DNA of 55,426 nt. Origin: Acidimicrobiia bacterium. GTDB lineage: Bacteria; Actinomycetota; Acidimicrobiia; Spongiisociales; Spongiisociaceae. A model generated the notes under the pieces. It was not told where the DNA came from and ran no database searches. It worked only from the letters and a program-made list of their open reading frames with translations. The DNA lies in the NCBI GenBank assembly GCA_009838635.1, contig VXRE01000016.1, positions 1 to 55,426 on the forward strand, written 5' to 3'. A program made the translations under genes and the position numbers. Of the stretch, positions 8,610-17,261 are shown piece by piece. Each line of letters opens with the position of its first letter. Within the stretch, counting starts at the first letter, position 1.

Positions 8610-9252
8610 CATCCGGGCCGTCATATGGGACATGGGCGGCATCCTCTACCCGACCCCTTTCGAGCTGCTCGACGATCTCGAAGCATCCAGGGGCTGGCCT
8701 CCGGGCACCCTGCCGCGGGGACCCTTCTCGCCCGGGGGCGACTCCGACTACGCCAAGTGCTCGACCGGGGAGTTGACCGAGACCGAGTACTGGAAGAGGT
8801 ACCAGCAGGCCAGCGCGGCAAACGGGCGCCCCCTGGACCTGAAGAGGGAGATCGACTGGACGGGTACGGAGCGTCCCGAGGTGATGTCCACCATCGAGGT
8901 CCTCGGCCGGAGGTTCCGCCAGGCCACCCTCTCGAACGATTCGAGCGAGTGGTTGGGTTACGGGTGGTGGGACACGTGGCCCTACGCCCACCTGTTCGAG
9001 CAGGTCATCGACGTGGTGACCCTCGGGGTCCGCAAGCCGCATCCCCTCACCTACACGACCACGGCCGACCGCATGGGGCTCCACGTCTCCGAGTGCCTGT
9101 TCGTGGACGACATGGCGGTCAACATCGAGGGCGCCGAATCCGTCGGCATGCCCGGCTTCTTCTTCGACCACACCCGGGTGGCCACCAGCTGCTCGGACCT
9201 CGCGAGCTACCTGAACCCTCGGCGGGGCCCGACGGAGGCCACGCACCGCTAA
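8602..9252 (+). CDS. HAD superfamily hydrolase
   Basis: WDMGGIL matches the DxDGxx motif I position, and LFVDDMAVNIEGAESVGM matches motif IV. It overlaps the Rieske gene stop by 8 nt. It is paralogous to 12813-13460. Confidence 0.8.
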   Translation: MADIRAVIWDMGGILYPTPFELLDDLEASRGWPPGTLPRGPFSPGGDSDYAKCSTGELTETEYWKRYQQASAANGRPLDLKREIDWTGTERPEVMSTIEVLGRRFRQATLSNDSSEWLGYGWWDTWPYAHLFEQVIDVVTLGVRKPHPLTYTTTADRMGLHVSECLFVDDMAVNIEGAESVGMPGFFFDHTRVATSCSDLASYLNPRRGPTEATHR

Positions 9253-9297
9253 ACGAGGGTCTAGACATCTCCAACAAGGCTCTGTACATTGCTCGGT

Positions 9298-9675
9298 ATG
9301 GAAACCAAAGTTCTTGCCGATTCGCTCGACGACGGCATCGTCCAGCCCCCTCGGACGCCTGATCCATCGGTTGGCGACGAGGTTCGGGACCGGACGGATC
9401 AGGCTGAGCATCGCCCTGTCGAGTCACCCGAGCCTTCTGGTCTCGTCGCGATCCAGATCATCAGCATGGGCGGCCCTGCGGATCCCGTGCTGGCCGACCT
9501 CATGGAGAAAGCCTTCGAGGCGGCGGACCGGCGGGACAGGCTCCGCTACGGTCCGGAGTGGCGGCGCGAAGCAGCGGAGGGCTTCCGCAAACTGATGGAG
9601 GAGTGGCAGGCGGAGAACGGGGCATTCACCAAGGAAGAGCTCCGCCGGGGCCGCGCCATCCTCGGTAGACCGTGA
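9298..9675 (+). CDS. putative antitoxin-position protein upstream of the PIN toxin (start uncertain)
   Basis: Its stop overlaps the PIN gene start (GTGA at 9672-9675). The C-terminal 70 aa are helical and charged (PVLADLMEKAFEAADRRDR...EELRRGRAILGRP). I recognise no standard RHH, AbrB or Phd motif. An alternative start is ATG 9466. Confidence 0.4.
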   Translation: METKVLADSLDDGIVQPPRTPDPSVGDEVRDRTDQAEHRPVESPEPSGLVAIQIISMGGPADPVLADLMEKAFEAADRRDRLRYGPEWRREAAEGFRKLMEEWQAENGAFTKEELRRGRAILGRP

Positions 9676-10067
9676 CACTCGTGCTCGACGCGGGCGCCCT
9701 GATCCAAGTGGATCGCGGCAACCGAGAAGTTCTGGCCGCGCTCGATGCCGCTTTCGACAGGGGTGAAGCCGTTCATGTTCCCACCGGCGTGATAGGCCAG
9801 GCTTGGAGAAACCCTGACCGCCAAGCCCTGTTGTCGCGAACGCTCAACCGATGTGACGAGGTCGATCTCGACGGAGCGACGGCTCGCGCCGGCGGCCAAC
9901 TGTGTGGCCGGGCGGCTACGAGCGACGTGATCGATGCGTCCGTTGCGCTCGCGGTGGCTCGCGCTCGGCGCTCGGACGAGGAGGTCACGCTGCTGACATC
10001 CGACTCCGATGAGTTGGGGATGCTGCTCTCTGTCCTGGACGCACGAGCCCGAATCGTAGAGGTGTGA
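9672..10067 (+). CDS. PIN domain ribonuclease toxin (VapC-like)
   Basis: Acidic PIN residues sit at the expected spacing: LVLDAGALI, VIDASVA and TSDSDE. Length is 131 aa, with a small overlapping upstream ORF. Confidence 0.75.
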   Translation: MTLVLDAGALIQVDRGNREVLAALDAAFDRGEAVHVPTGVIGQAWRNPDRQALLSRTLNRCDEVDLDGATARAGGQLCGRAATSDVIDASVALAVARARRSDEEVTLLTSDSDELGMLLSVLDARARIVEV

Positions 10068-10093
10068 TCCGGCCGGGATGACCTACTTCGTCG

Positions 10094-10903
10094 TCACGGC
10101 TTGGTGGCTATGGCCTCGCCGAAGGCGATGGCGCCCAGCGCTCCCGGATGGTCTCGCCACTTCGCCTGGTCGACCTTCCATGTGTCGAACTGCTCTTGGG
10201 TGGCCAGCCCCAGGGCCGCGGCGGCGGCCATCACCTTGGGCGAGAAGAACCACTCGGTTATCACAGCGTCGAGAACGGCTCTGGCTTCGGGGGTGCTGAA
10301 CATGTCGACGGAGGCAGTCGCCCGGATGTCCACGAACCCGGCGTCCAGCAGGGTGGCCTTGAGTTCCCTCCCCATCTGGGGATGCCCGCCGTTGGCGATC
10401 ACCAGCTTCGTGAACGTCTCCCATGCTCCCGCCAGGCTGTAGGCGGGTTCCGAGAAGCTGGAGGCAGCTATCAGTTCTCGGCAGGAGATGATCCCGCCGG
10501 GCTTCAGAACCCTCTTGACCTCGGCCAGGACGGCGTGGGTGTCCGGGACATGGTTCAGGACGGTATGGCAGTGGGCCACGTCGAACGTGTTGTCGTCGAA
10601 GGGAAGGTCGGTGGCGTCCGCCACCTGGAACGAAGCATTGCCGTGTCCGCCGGCTCCGGCAGCGGCCCGGGCCATCTCGATCTGAGACGGCTCGATGTCG
10701 ACGCCGTGGAACTCGCCGGGCTCCACGGCTCTGGCCAGGCCCACCGACAGGGTCCCCGGTCCGCAGCCGAAGTCGAGCACGCTGAGGCCGGGCTCGAGGT
10801 GCGGGAGCAGGTGCTTGGCATGCGTCTCCGCGCTGCGCCAGTGGAGCATCTGCAGGAAGTCCTCGTCATAGCCCATCGTGTACGTCGATGCCGGCTCCGG
10901 CAT
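10094..10903 (-). CDS. class I SAM-dependent methyltransferase (small-molecule type)
   Basis: VLDFGCGPG SAM-binding motif I. The start is set at MPEPASTYT (ATG 10903), because the upstream track extension is Gly/Arg-rich. Confidence 0.85.
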   Translation of the reverse strand: MPEPASTYTMGYDEDFLQMLHWRSAETHAKHLLPHLEPGLSVLDFGCGPGTLSVGLARAVEPGEFHGVDIEPSQIEMARAAAGAGGHGNASFQVADATDLPFDDNTFDVAHCHTVLNHVPDTHAVLAEVKRVLKPGGIISCRELIAASSFSEPAYSLAGAWETFTKLVIANGGHPQMGRELKATLLDAGFVDIRATASVDMFSTPEARAVLDAVITEWFFSPKVMAAAAALGLATQEQFDTWKVDQAKWRDHPGALGAIAFGEAIATKP

Positions 10904-11151
10904 GCTGGCTCCTTCTGTTCGCTGCCGGCGTGCATTATCGCCGGGAGCGGTGGGTACCGGTACATGGGCTCGATGCCCGGCGAGCCCGGATGCTTCGATG
11001 CCCACCCCGACGCCGGGCACGATGAGTACGGGCGCGATGGATCCGGGGAACCCGGCCGTATACTGCTGTAATCCCTCGCTGTGCCGGTAGGGCGGGTTCG
11101 GCCTTGCGGGCGACCCCGGGCACGGCTACGAATCGAGGTAGGGGGTTTCGC

Positions 11152-12744
11152 ATGGCCGATTGGGCCTGGGCACTGATCGTCTTCTCGCTGTACTTCGTCG
11201 TCCTGATCGGCATCGTGGTCTACCGGTCGGACCGCGTGGCGAACATAGGTGACTACGTCCTGGGCGGGCGAAAGCTCGGCGCATTCACCATCGCCCTGAG
11301 CGCCGGTGCTTCCAACGCCAGCGGCTGGACCATGCTGGTGTTGCCGGCGCTGGCCTTCGCCGGCGGTCTCTTGCACCTCTGGACCGTGGCCGGTCTCGTG
11401 GCGGGCATCTGGGCAGTGTGGGTCGTCGTGGCCAAACGGCTCCGGCGCTACACCATCACGGCCGACGACGCGCTGACCATCCCGGAGTTCTGGGAGAGAC
11501 GCTTCGGGGACACCACCGGGACGTTGCGCGGCCTGGCCGCCGCGATCAGCCTCTACTTCATCACGCTCTACGTCTGCTCGGGGCTTATCGCGGGCGCCAA
11601 GCTCCTCGAGGAAGTCTTCGACCTGGATCCCACCGGCACGGCCCACAACATTGCGATCCTCGTCACCCTGCTCGCCCTGCTGTCCTACACGTTCATGGGC
11701 TTTGTCGCCGTCTCCCGCACCGATGTCTTCCAGGCCCTCCTGATGCTGGGCGGGTTCGTCATCATCGCCTTGACCCTCATCCTGACCACCGGCAACCCCT
11801 TCCAAGGTCTCGAGAAGGCTGCTCCCGGGTTCTGGAACCCGGTCACGGACGCAGCCGGCGACGGGCTGAGCTGGACGACCTACGCATCCGCTGTCGGCTG
11901 GGGACTGGGCACCTTTGGAGCACTCAGGCTCCTGGCGCGGTTCATGGCCATAAGGGAGGAGCGCCAGATTCCTCGCAGTACCTACACAAATGTGGGCTGG
12001 GCCGCGCTCGTGTTCTCGTTCGGGCTGCTGATGGGCCTGGTCGCCGCGCCGGCCCTCGCCGCCCGAGGTGTGGACATTCCCGACTCGGAGCGGCTCTACC
12101 TGGTGGTCTCGTCGGTCTTCTTCCACCCGATCGTGGGTGGCCTGCTGCTGACGGCCGTGGTGGCGGCCATCATGAGCACCGCCGACTCCCAATTGTTGCT
12201 GGCGTCCGCCATCGCTTCGAGAGACATGCCCTGGCTCAAGCGGATCACGGAGCGAATGAGAACCGAACGGCAGGTGACCGTGGGGAGGCTGTTGCTTGTT
12301 GCGGTCGGCGTGGTGGCCGCGGTGATCTCGATCCTCTCTCCGGAGTCGGTGTTCGCCCTGGTCTCATTGGCCTGGGGCGGTATGGGTGCAGCCTTCGGCC
12401 CGGTAACCGTCATGGCCCTGTACTGGAGGCGCTTCAACCTGGCCGGGGCCTTCACGGGCGTCATCTCGGGCACCGTGTTCTCCACCCTCTGGTGGCTGAT
12501 GGACCTGGGCAACCAGGGCCTGCTCAGCCTGACCGAGTCTCTCGGGCTGGCGTCCGCGGTCAGGAGCCTCACCGAGATCGGTGTGTGGGAGATCAACCCG
12601 GCCGTTCCCGGCGTTGCCGCGGCGACGGCCCTGGCCATCGTGGTGACCTTGGCGACGGCGCCCCCAGCCGAGGAGATCACACGGCTATTCGACCGGGTAA
12701 ACAACCCCGACTGGGCAGACCCGACCCGCGCTCCGACGCCATAG
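11152..12744 (+). CDS. putP: sodium:solute symporter family protein, proline-symporter-like
   Basis: DYVLGGRKLGAFTIALSAGASNASGWTMLVLPALAF closely mirrors the PutP N-terminal signature. The protein has about 13 hydrophobic segments. Start is set at MADWAWAL. Confidence 0.8.
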   Translation: MADWAWALIVFSLYFVVLIGIVVYRSDRVANIGDYVLGGRKLGAFTIALSAGASNASGWTMLVLPALAFAGGLLHLWTVAGLVAGIWAVWVVVAKRLRRYTITADDALTIPEFWERRFGDTTGTLRGLAAAISLYFITLYVCSGLIAGAKLLEEVFDLDPTGTAHNIAILVTLLALLSYTFMGFVAVSRTDVFQALLMLGGFVIIALTLILTTGNPFQGLEKAAPGFWNPVTDAAGDGLSWTTYASAVGWGLGTFGALRLLARFMAIREERQIPRSTYTNVGWAALVFSFGLLMGLVAAPALAARGVDIPDSERLYLVVSSVFFHPIVGGLLLTAVVAAIMSTADSQLLLASAIASRDMPWLKRITERMRTERQVTVGRLLLVAVGVVAAVISILSPESVFALVSLAWGGMGAAFGPVTVMALYWRRFNLAGAFTGVISGTVFSTLWWLMDLGNQGLLSLTESLGLASAVRSLTEIGVWEINPAVPGVAAATALAIVVTLATAPPAEEITRLFDRVNNPDWADPTRAPTP

Positions 12745-12812
12745 GGACCGGGGCGGACGGTACGGTGATCGCTTGACGGCCACCAACCGAGGCCCCAGTC
12801 GACTTCAGCGTC

Positions 12813-13460
12813 CTAGGGTCCGACCGTTCTCAGTACCCGAGCGATCGAGGCCGGTCGGTCGAGCACGTTGAAGTGAACGGTTTGCATGCCCACCTTCTCG
12901 GCGCCGGCGATGTTGACGGGCTGGTCGTCCACGAACAGCACCCGATGGGCGGGCAGTTCGATGCGCGCCAGCAGGCGCAGGTAGCCCCGGGGATCGGGCT
13001 TGAGGATGCCGGTGTTGGAGAGATCGACGAAGGGATCGAAACGGTCGAGTACTTGCATGCGCTCGATCCAGGCCGGGTCGTGGAACCGGCCCAGGTCGTT
13101 GGTGAGTACCCCCACCCGTAACCCCAGGGAGCGCAGGGTTCTTCGCAACTCCCAGGCCCCGGGGCGGATCACCTCCTCCCTGGGTGCGTCGAACAGGGCG
13201 TCGATGAAGCTGCGCAGGCGGTCCGGACCGGCGCCGATCATCTCTGCGTGGCGGTCGGCCTGGCGATGCCAGTATTCGAGTTCGGTGAACTCCCCGGCCC
13301 GGAACCGCTGCCAGAGGGGATCGGCATCCGGGTCGAACGGACCGGCCACATCGATGCTGCCCCGCGGCAGGTCGAGCCGGTCCTCCAGCCCGGGCGCCAT
13401 CTCGAAAGGGGTCCGGATGACCACCCCTCCGAAGTCGAAGGCGACTGCGTCAACTGCCAT
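12813..13460 (-). CDS. HAD superfamily hydrolase (paralog of 8602-9252)
   Basis: FDFGGVV matches motif I and LFVDDQPVNIAGAEKVGM matches motif IV. It shares TPFE, GPF.P and GE.TE.EYW.R blocks with the other HAD gene. Confidence 0.8.
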   Translation of the reverse strand: MAVDAVAFDFGGVVIRTPFEMAPGLEDRLDLPRGSIDVAGPFDPDADPLWQRFRAGEFTELEYWHRQADRHAEMIGAGPDRLRSFIDALFDAPREEVIRPGAWELRRTLRSLGLRVGVLTNDLGRFHDPAWIERMQVLDRFDPFVDLSNTGILKPDPRGYLRLLARIELPAHRVLFVDDQPVNIAGAEKVGMQTVHFNVLDRPASIARVLRTVGP

Positions 13461-13520
13461 CAGGCCAACAAGTTAACCGGAGGCTCGGCCGGCTCCGGTC
13501 CGGGCGCTCGCACGGCCGGC

Positions 13521-13802
13521 TCATCGATTCCTGTGGAGGATGACGGTCAACTCGGACGGGATGCCCTGCTGCGCGCCCTCCATTGCCCTGGTGATGGCCA
13601 GGGCGGCCTCGGCGATGGTCGACACCGCGCTGGCGCCCTCGCGGCTCAGGAACGAGCCTTGGTGCTTCCTGCGGAGGAGGTTGTACAACTCCCGACCCAC
13701 TCTCTGACCTTCGAGCTCGCTCAGTGCCCGCCGGTGAACTTCGGTGTCGAGGTCGGCATCACCGGACCTCGGAACCCTGATTTCGATTGACCAATTACCC
13801 AT
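13521..13802 (-). CDS. hypothetical protein
   Basis: ORF reading MGNWSIEIRVPRSGD...ELTVILHRNR, with an alternative start at 13838. No recognisable motif. Local GC is lower. Confidence 0.4.
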   Translation of the reverse strand: MGNWSIEIRVPRSGDADLDTEVHRRALSELEGQRVGRELYNLLRRKHQGSFLSREGASAVSTIAEAALAITRAMEGAQQGIPSELTVILHRNR

Positions 13803-13919
13803 GCCGGGCAACGTATGTGGTTTCGGGGGTCCTTTCAAGACCCTCGGTCAACGCCCTTGCGCGACGCGACAGCCGGTGTCGGTCGTCTGTGAGTTGGTAG
13901 ATGCGGGGTTGAGACCCGA

Positions 13920-14210
13920 TCAGGCGACAGCGGCCACGAGTCCTAGAGCGACGATCAGCACGATGATCAGAACGATGCCCGCCAGCGAGATCACCAGCCC
14001 GGCGATGGCCAAGCCGCGATAGGGTGCTCCACGGTTGGCATTCCTCAGCCCTAGGATCGAGAAGATCAGTCCCAGGATCCAGCAGACGAAATTGACTCCG
14101 GGCAGCCACGATACGGCTATGGCACAGATGGCGAGCACCAGCCCGGCGATTGCCATCCCGTTGCCGGCAGGAGCGACCTGGCCCTGCGTCTCTCCTGACT
14201 GACTGTCCAT
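13920..14210 (-). CDS. small membrane protein, DUF4190-like
   Basis: Two hydrophobic hairpin segments separated by LGLRNANRGAPYRG. This is the typical pattern of DUF4190 proteins from Actinomycetota. Confidence 0.6.
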   Translation of the reverse strand: MDSQSGETQGQVAPAGNGMAIAGLVLAICAIAVSWLPGVNFVCWILGLIFSILGLRNANRGAPYRGLAIAGLVISLAGIVLIIVLIVALGLVAAVA

Positions 14211-14318
14211 TTCGATCCTTTCGGCCCAGACCTGCTGAGCAGCTTAGGCGTCCTTCCATCAGTGGTGATGGCAAGCCGGTGATGGGAGGTTGGCAGCCGG
14301 GGGCCGCCGCCTGACTGA

Positions 14319-15221
14319 TCAGTGGCCGATAGCGCGGTCGGATCCGGTGGGTTCCTCGATCAGTTCCAGGGCGGCGGCGTCGATCATGTGGTAGGACTCT
14401 TCCTCGCTCGGGAACGAGCCCTCCCGAACGTCCCGGATCCAGCGATCTATCGCTGCCATGGCCTCTCCGGACAGTTCGGCGTAGCGCCGGACGAACTTGG
14501 GGTAGTGCCCGAAGTTGAGACCTAGCAGGTCATGCATCACCAGCACCTGTCCGTCGGTGTCCGACCCGGCGCCTATCCCGATCGTGGGCACGGTCACCCG
14601 GCGGGTGATGGCCTGAGCCAGGAGGGCGGGGACACCCTCGAGGACAAGGGCGAACACCCCCGCCTCCTCAAGGGCCAGGGCGTCCGCTATCAGCCGCCTG
14701 GCGTCCTCCAGCCTCCCCCCTCGGATCAGGTAGCCACCGGCCGCATGGACCGACTGGGGGGTCAGCCCGATGTGTCCCATCACCGGGATTTCGGCCGACA
14801 CGAGCTTGCGGATCATCTCGACCCGGGTCGTGCCTCCTTCGAGCTTGACGGCCTCGGCCCCGCCCTCCCGGACCAGCCGGGCGGCGTTGCGCAGCGTCTC
14901 CTCAGGGCTGACATGGAACGTCATCCACGGCATGTCGGCCACCAGCAGGGCATTGGGGCGGGCTCGTGCTACCGCCGCGGTGTGGTGGATCATGTCGTCG
15001 AGGGTGACCTCGTTGGTGGTCTCGTATCCGAGAACCACGTTGGCCACCGAGTCGCCCACCAGGATGATGTCGACCCCCGCCTGATCCGCGACCTTGCCGC
15101 CGGGGAAGTCGTAAGCGGTGAGCATCGTCAGCGGTTGCCCGCCCTTCCGGGCCCGCACTGCCGGAGCGGTGACCTTTTTGCGGATGCCACCGGGCGGGTG
15201 GCTCGACGTAGTGTTCGACAT
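14319..15221 (-). CDS. panB: 3-methyl-2-oxobutanoate hydroxymethyltransferase
   Basis: LTMLTAYDF and ILVGDSVANVVLGYETT motifs. The ATG at 15221 is preceded by GGAGAAGGAG. Confidence 0.9.
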   Translation of the reverse strand: MSNTTSSHPPGGIRKKVTAPAVRARKGGQPLTMLTAYDFPGGKVADQAGVDIILVGDSVANVVLGYETTNEVTLDDMIHHTAAVARARPNALLVADMPWMTFHVSPEETLRNAARLVREGGAEAVKLEGGTTRVEMIRKLVSAEIPVMGHIGLTPQSVHAAGGYLIRGGRLEDARRLIADALALEEAGVFALVLEGVPALLAQAITRRVTVPTIGIGAGSDTDGQVLVMHDLLGLNFGHYPKFVRRYAELSGEAMAAIDRWIRDVREGSFPSEEESYHMIDAAALELIEEPTGSDRAIGH

Positions 15222-15524
15222 AACTGCTCCTTCTCCCCACCATCGAGGTTGGGGGACACCTCCCGGCTCCAGAGTCGTCACTGGAGGCCGGAGAGCAAGT
15301 GGTCATCTTGTGAACCGTGAGGGGAATTGGCCCGCCTACCCGGGTCGCGCCTTTCCGTCCGGTCTACCGGTCAGTCTAGTGGCCTGCCTTCGGAAGGGCG
15401 GCGCGGTCTGGCCACCTCACGCGCGCTCCGTTATGCGAGCGGTCGTCGCTGCGTGAGCCAGATGCCCGGAGAACGACAGGTGCGATCAGTGTCGTTGACA
15501 GAATCGGACCGTGTGCATTCCAGT

Positions 15525-15553
15525 TGTCAAGACCACTCAGATGACATAGACTC
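15525..15553 (+). promoter_or_regulatory. candidate promoter of the Fur-family gene
   Basis: TTGTCA (15525-15530), a 17-nt spacer, then TAGACT (15548-15553), lying 44 nt upstream of the GTG start. A second TTGACA at 15496-15501 forms an inverted pair with TGTCAA at 15526-15531. Confidence 0.4.
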
Positions 15554-15596
15554 ACAGCTGGCTAGAGCAGGTACTTGTTACAGCGTGGGGGTCAAC

Positions 15597-16073
15597 GTGT
15601 CGAACGAAGTCATCCTGACCGAGGACCTGCTCATAGAGCGGCTTCGCGAAGCCGGACTCCGCCTTACCCTCCCGAGAAGGGCTGTACTTCGCGCCCTGGC
15701 GGCGAATGACGAGCCGTTCGTGAGTGCACGGATGATCATGGATCACGTTCACGAGACCACGGGCCGGATGGAAGCGTCGACCGTCTACCGGATCCTCGAC
15801 GATCTGGCCCGGATCGGGCTGGTTCACCACATATCACTGGGCAACGGGCGGTCGGGAAGATGGCACATCACGCTTGACCACGACCACGAACATCTCGTGT
15901 GCGAAGGGTGCGGTAGGACCATCGAGGTACCTCACACGGAGGTCGCTCCCCTCTACGAGCTCTTCCTCAGCAAATATGGATTCCAGACCAGCCCACACCA
16001 TTTCGCAATCGTGGGCTCCTGTGAGGATTGCGGCCCGCAGGACGACCATCCTCATCCACGGGGCAGCGGTTAG
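15597..16073 (+). CDS. Fur family transcriptional regulator
   Basis: DNA-binding helix region RRAVLRALAAN..STVYRILDDLARIGLV. Metal-site motifs HEHLVCEGCG and CEDC are present. A GTG start at 15597 is chosen, because the track extension upstream is non-coding-like. Confidence 0.85.
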   Translation: MSNEVILTEDLLIERLREAGLRLTLPRRAVLRALAANDEPFVSARMIMDHVHETTGRMEASTVYRILDDLARIGLVHHISLGNGRSGRWHITLDHDHEHLVCEGCGRTIEVPHTEVAPLYELFLSKYGFQTSPHHFAIVGSCEDCGPQDDHPHPRGSG

Positions 16074-16117
16074 CCCGGCTTCGACCCTGTCCGAGAACTC
16101 GCTCTACCGCCGGTCGG

Positions 16118-16735
16118 CTACCAGCCTCGGGCGATCCACTCGGGCAACTCCGGCTTCTCGGTCCCGATGGTGGTCTTGGTCGGACCGTGTCCCGGATAGA
16201 CGTCGGTGCTCTCATCGAGGGTGAAAAGCCGGTCCTTGATGCTCTTGATGATCTGGTCGAAGTCTCCACCCTCGTACTCGGTAGCGCCCGGGCCGCCCGG
16301 GAACAAAGTGTCCCCGGAGAAGAGCACGCCCGGACTGAGGAAGCACACCGATCCGGGCGTGTGGCCGGGCGTATGCATGGTCAGCAGGCTGGTCTCGCCC
16401 AGCGGGATCACCTCCCCGTCGGCCAGCGCGGTCGGAGCGACCCGAGTGGTTCGCGCCGCCAACTCGTGATCGGCGGGGTGGAGCAGGAAGGGAACGCCGA
16501 GGGTGTCGACCACCGGGGCCACGGCCCTCAGATGGTCATGGTGGCCATGGGTGGTGAGTAGGGCCTCCACCTCCACACCGTCGGCCAACTCGAGAACCCG
16601 ATCCGGTTCGGCGGCGGCGTCGATGATCACTCCCCGACCGGTCTGGGCGCATGCCACCACGAAGGCGTTGTTGGCGTACTCGCCCACCAGCGCCGCCTTG
16701 GTCAGGATGGTGCCGTTGTCAAAGGTCCAACTCAT
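16118..16735 (-). CDS. MBL-fold metallo-hydrolase (glyoxalase II-like)
   Basis: HGHHDH (HxHxDH) motif plus downstream His/Asp ligands. Start is set at MSWTFDNG. Confidence 0.85.
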   Translation of the reverse strand: MSWTFDNGTILTKAALVGEYANNAFVVACAQTGRGVIIDAAAEPDRVLELADGVEVEALLTTHGHHDHLRAVAPVVDTLGVPFLLHPADHELAARTTRVAPTALADGEVIPLGETSLLTMHTPGHTPGSVCFLSPGVLFSGDTLFPGGPGATEYEGGDFDQIIKSIKDRLFTLDESTDVYPGHGPTKTTIGTEKPELPEWIARGW

Positions 16736-17086
16736 GGCGGCGACTCTAGTGAGGGCAATCGGGGGTCGTTCGTGTTCGTGCGCCCCCGGCCAGGACACGG
16801 TGGTCCGTCTGGCCGTTCCCCTTCCGCTGACGCTCGGCCTTTCAGCACAACAAGGGGCGATGTATGGCGGGATGGGACAGAGTGGATGAAACGTGTCACA
16901 GGCTTTCTATATGTTGCCTGTCGCCAAGCACCTACACCGGCCCGAAGGCTCTCATCGATCGACTCGGCCGGCCCGGAGGGAATAGACAAGGCTTCGTGGA
17001 GCGAACCGCCTACACCCGGCAGCCAGCCGGGCATGGCTGACCACGCTCCAAGCCAGGACAGGTGGTGGCGGGGGAGGGCCCGGTGC

Positions 17087-17140
17087 GGAGCGCCGGTTTT
17101 TCGGAGCGCCGGTTTTTCGCGAGTTTTTCGCGGGTTTTGC
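17087..17140. repeat. tandem direct repeat with phased T5 tracts
   Basis: GGAGCGCCGGTTTTTC occurs twice in perfect tandem (17087-17102 and 17103-17118). Two degenerate 11-nt units follow, GCGAGTTTTTC and GCGGGTTTTGC. T-tract starts are spaced 16, 11 and 11 nt. Confidence 0.9.
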
Positions 17141-17261
17141 CCGGAATCTCGGTTCTTGATGCACAGGGCACCATATTTGACGTCCTGATCCTGAGGTTCA
17201 CCGCACCACGGATGACGCTCTGAGCCTTAGGTTCGTGGCGTGCTGTGGCGGGTTCTGAACC

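Noticed and set aside
8497-9411. The minus-strand ORF beginning MLSLIRPVPNLVANRWIRRPRGLDDAVVERIGKNFGF in the low-GC patch upstream of the PIN pair, considered as a possible mobile-element gene fragment.
   Set aside because: It continues antisense through the well-supported HAD gene. I recognise no transposase or integrase motif, so the evidence is insufficient.
15327-15596. Upstream 90 codons of track ORF 15327..16073, which would be a long Fur protein.
   Set aside because: The segment contains the promoter-like low-GC patch and has no Fur homology. Fur-family proteins are about 140-160 aa, which matches the GTG start at 15597.
16732-17034. 100-aa minus-strand ORF whose stop forms an ATGA overlap with the MBL hydrolase start.
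   Set aside because: The overlap is suggestive, but the translation is Pro/Arg/Ser/Gly-rich with no hydrophobic core pattern, and the region contains non-coding repeats. It is treated as non-coding pending expression data.
17087-17140. Checked whether the tandem repeats at 17087-17140 and 23596-23667 could be CRISPR arrays.
   Set aside because: The units are contiguous with no spacers, are only 11-16 bp long, and one set is in-frame coding sequence. No cas genes are present in the window.
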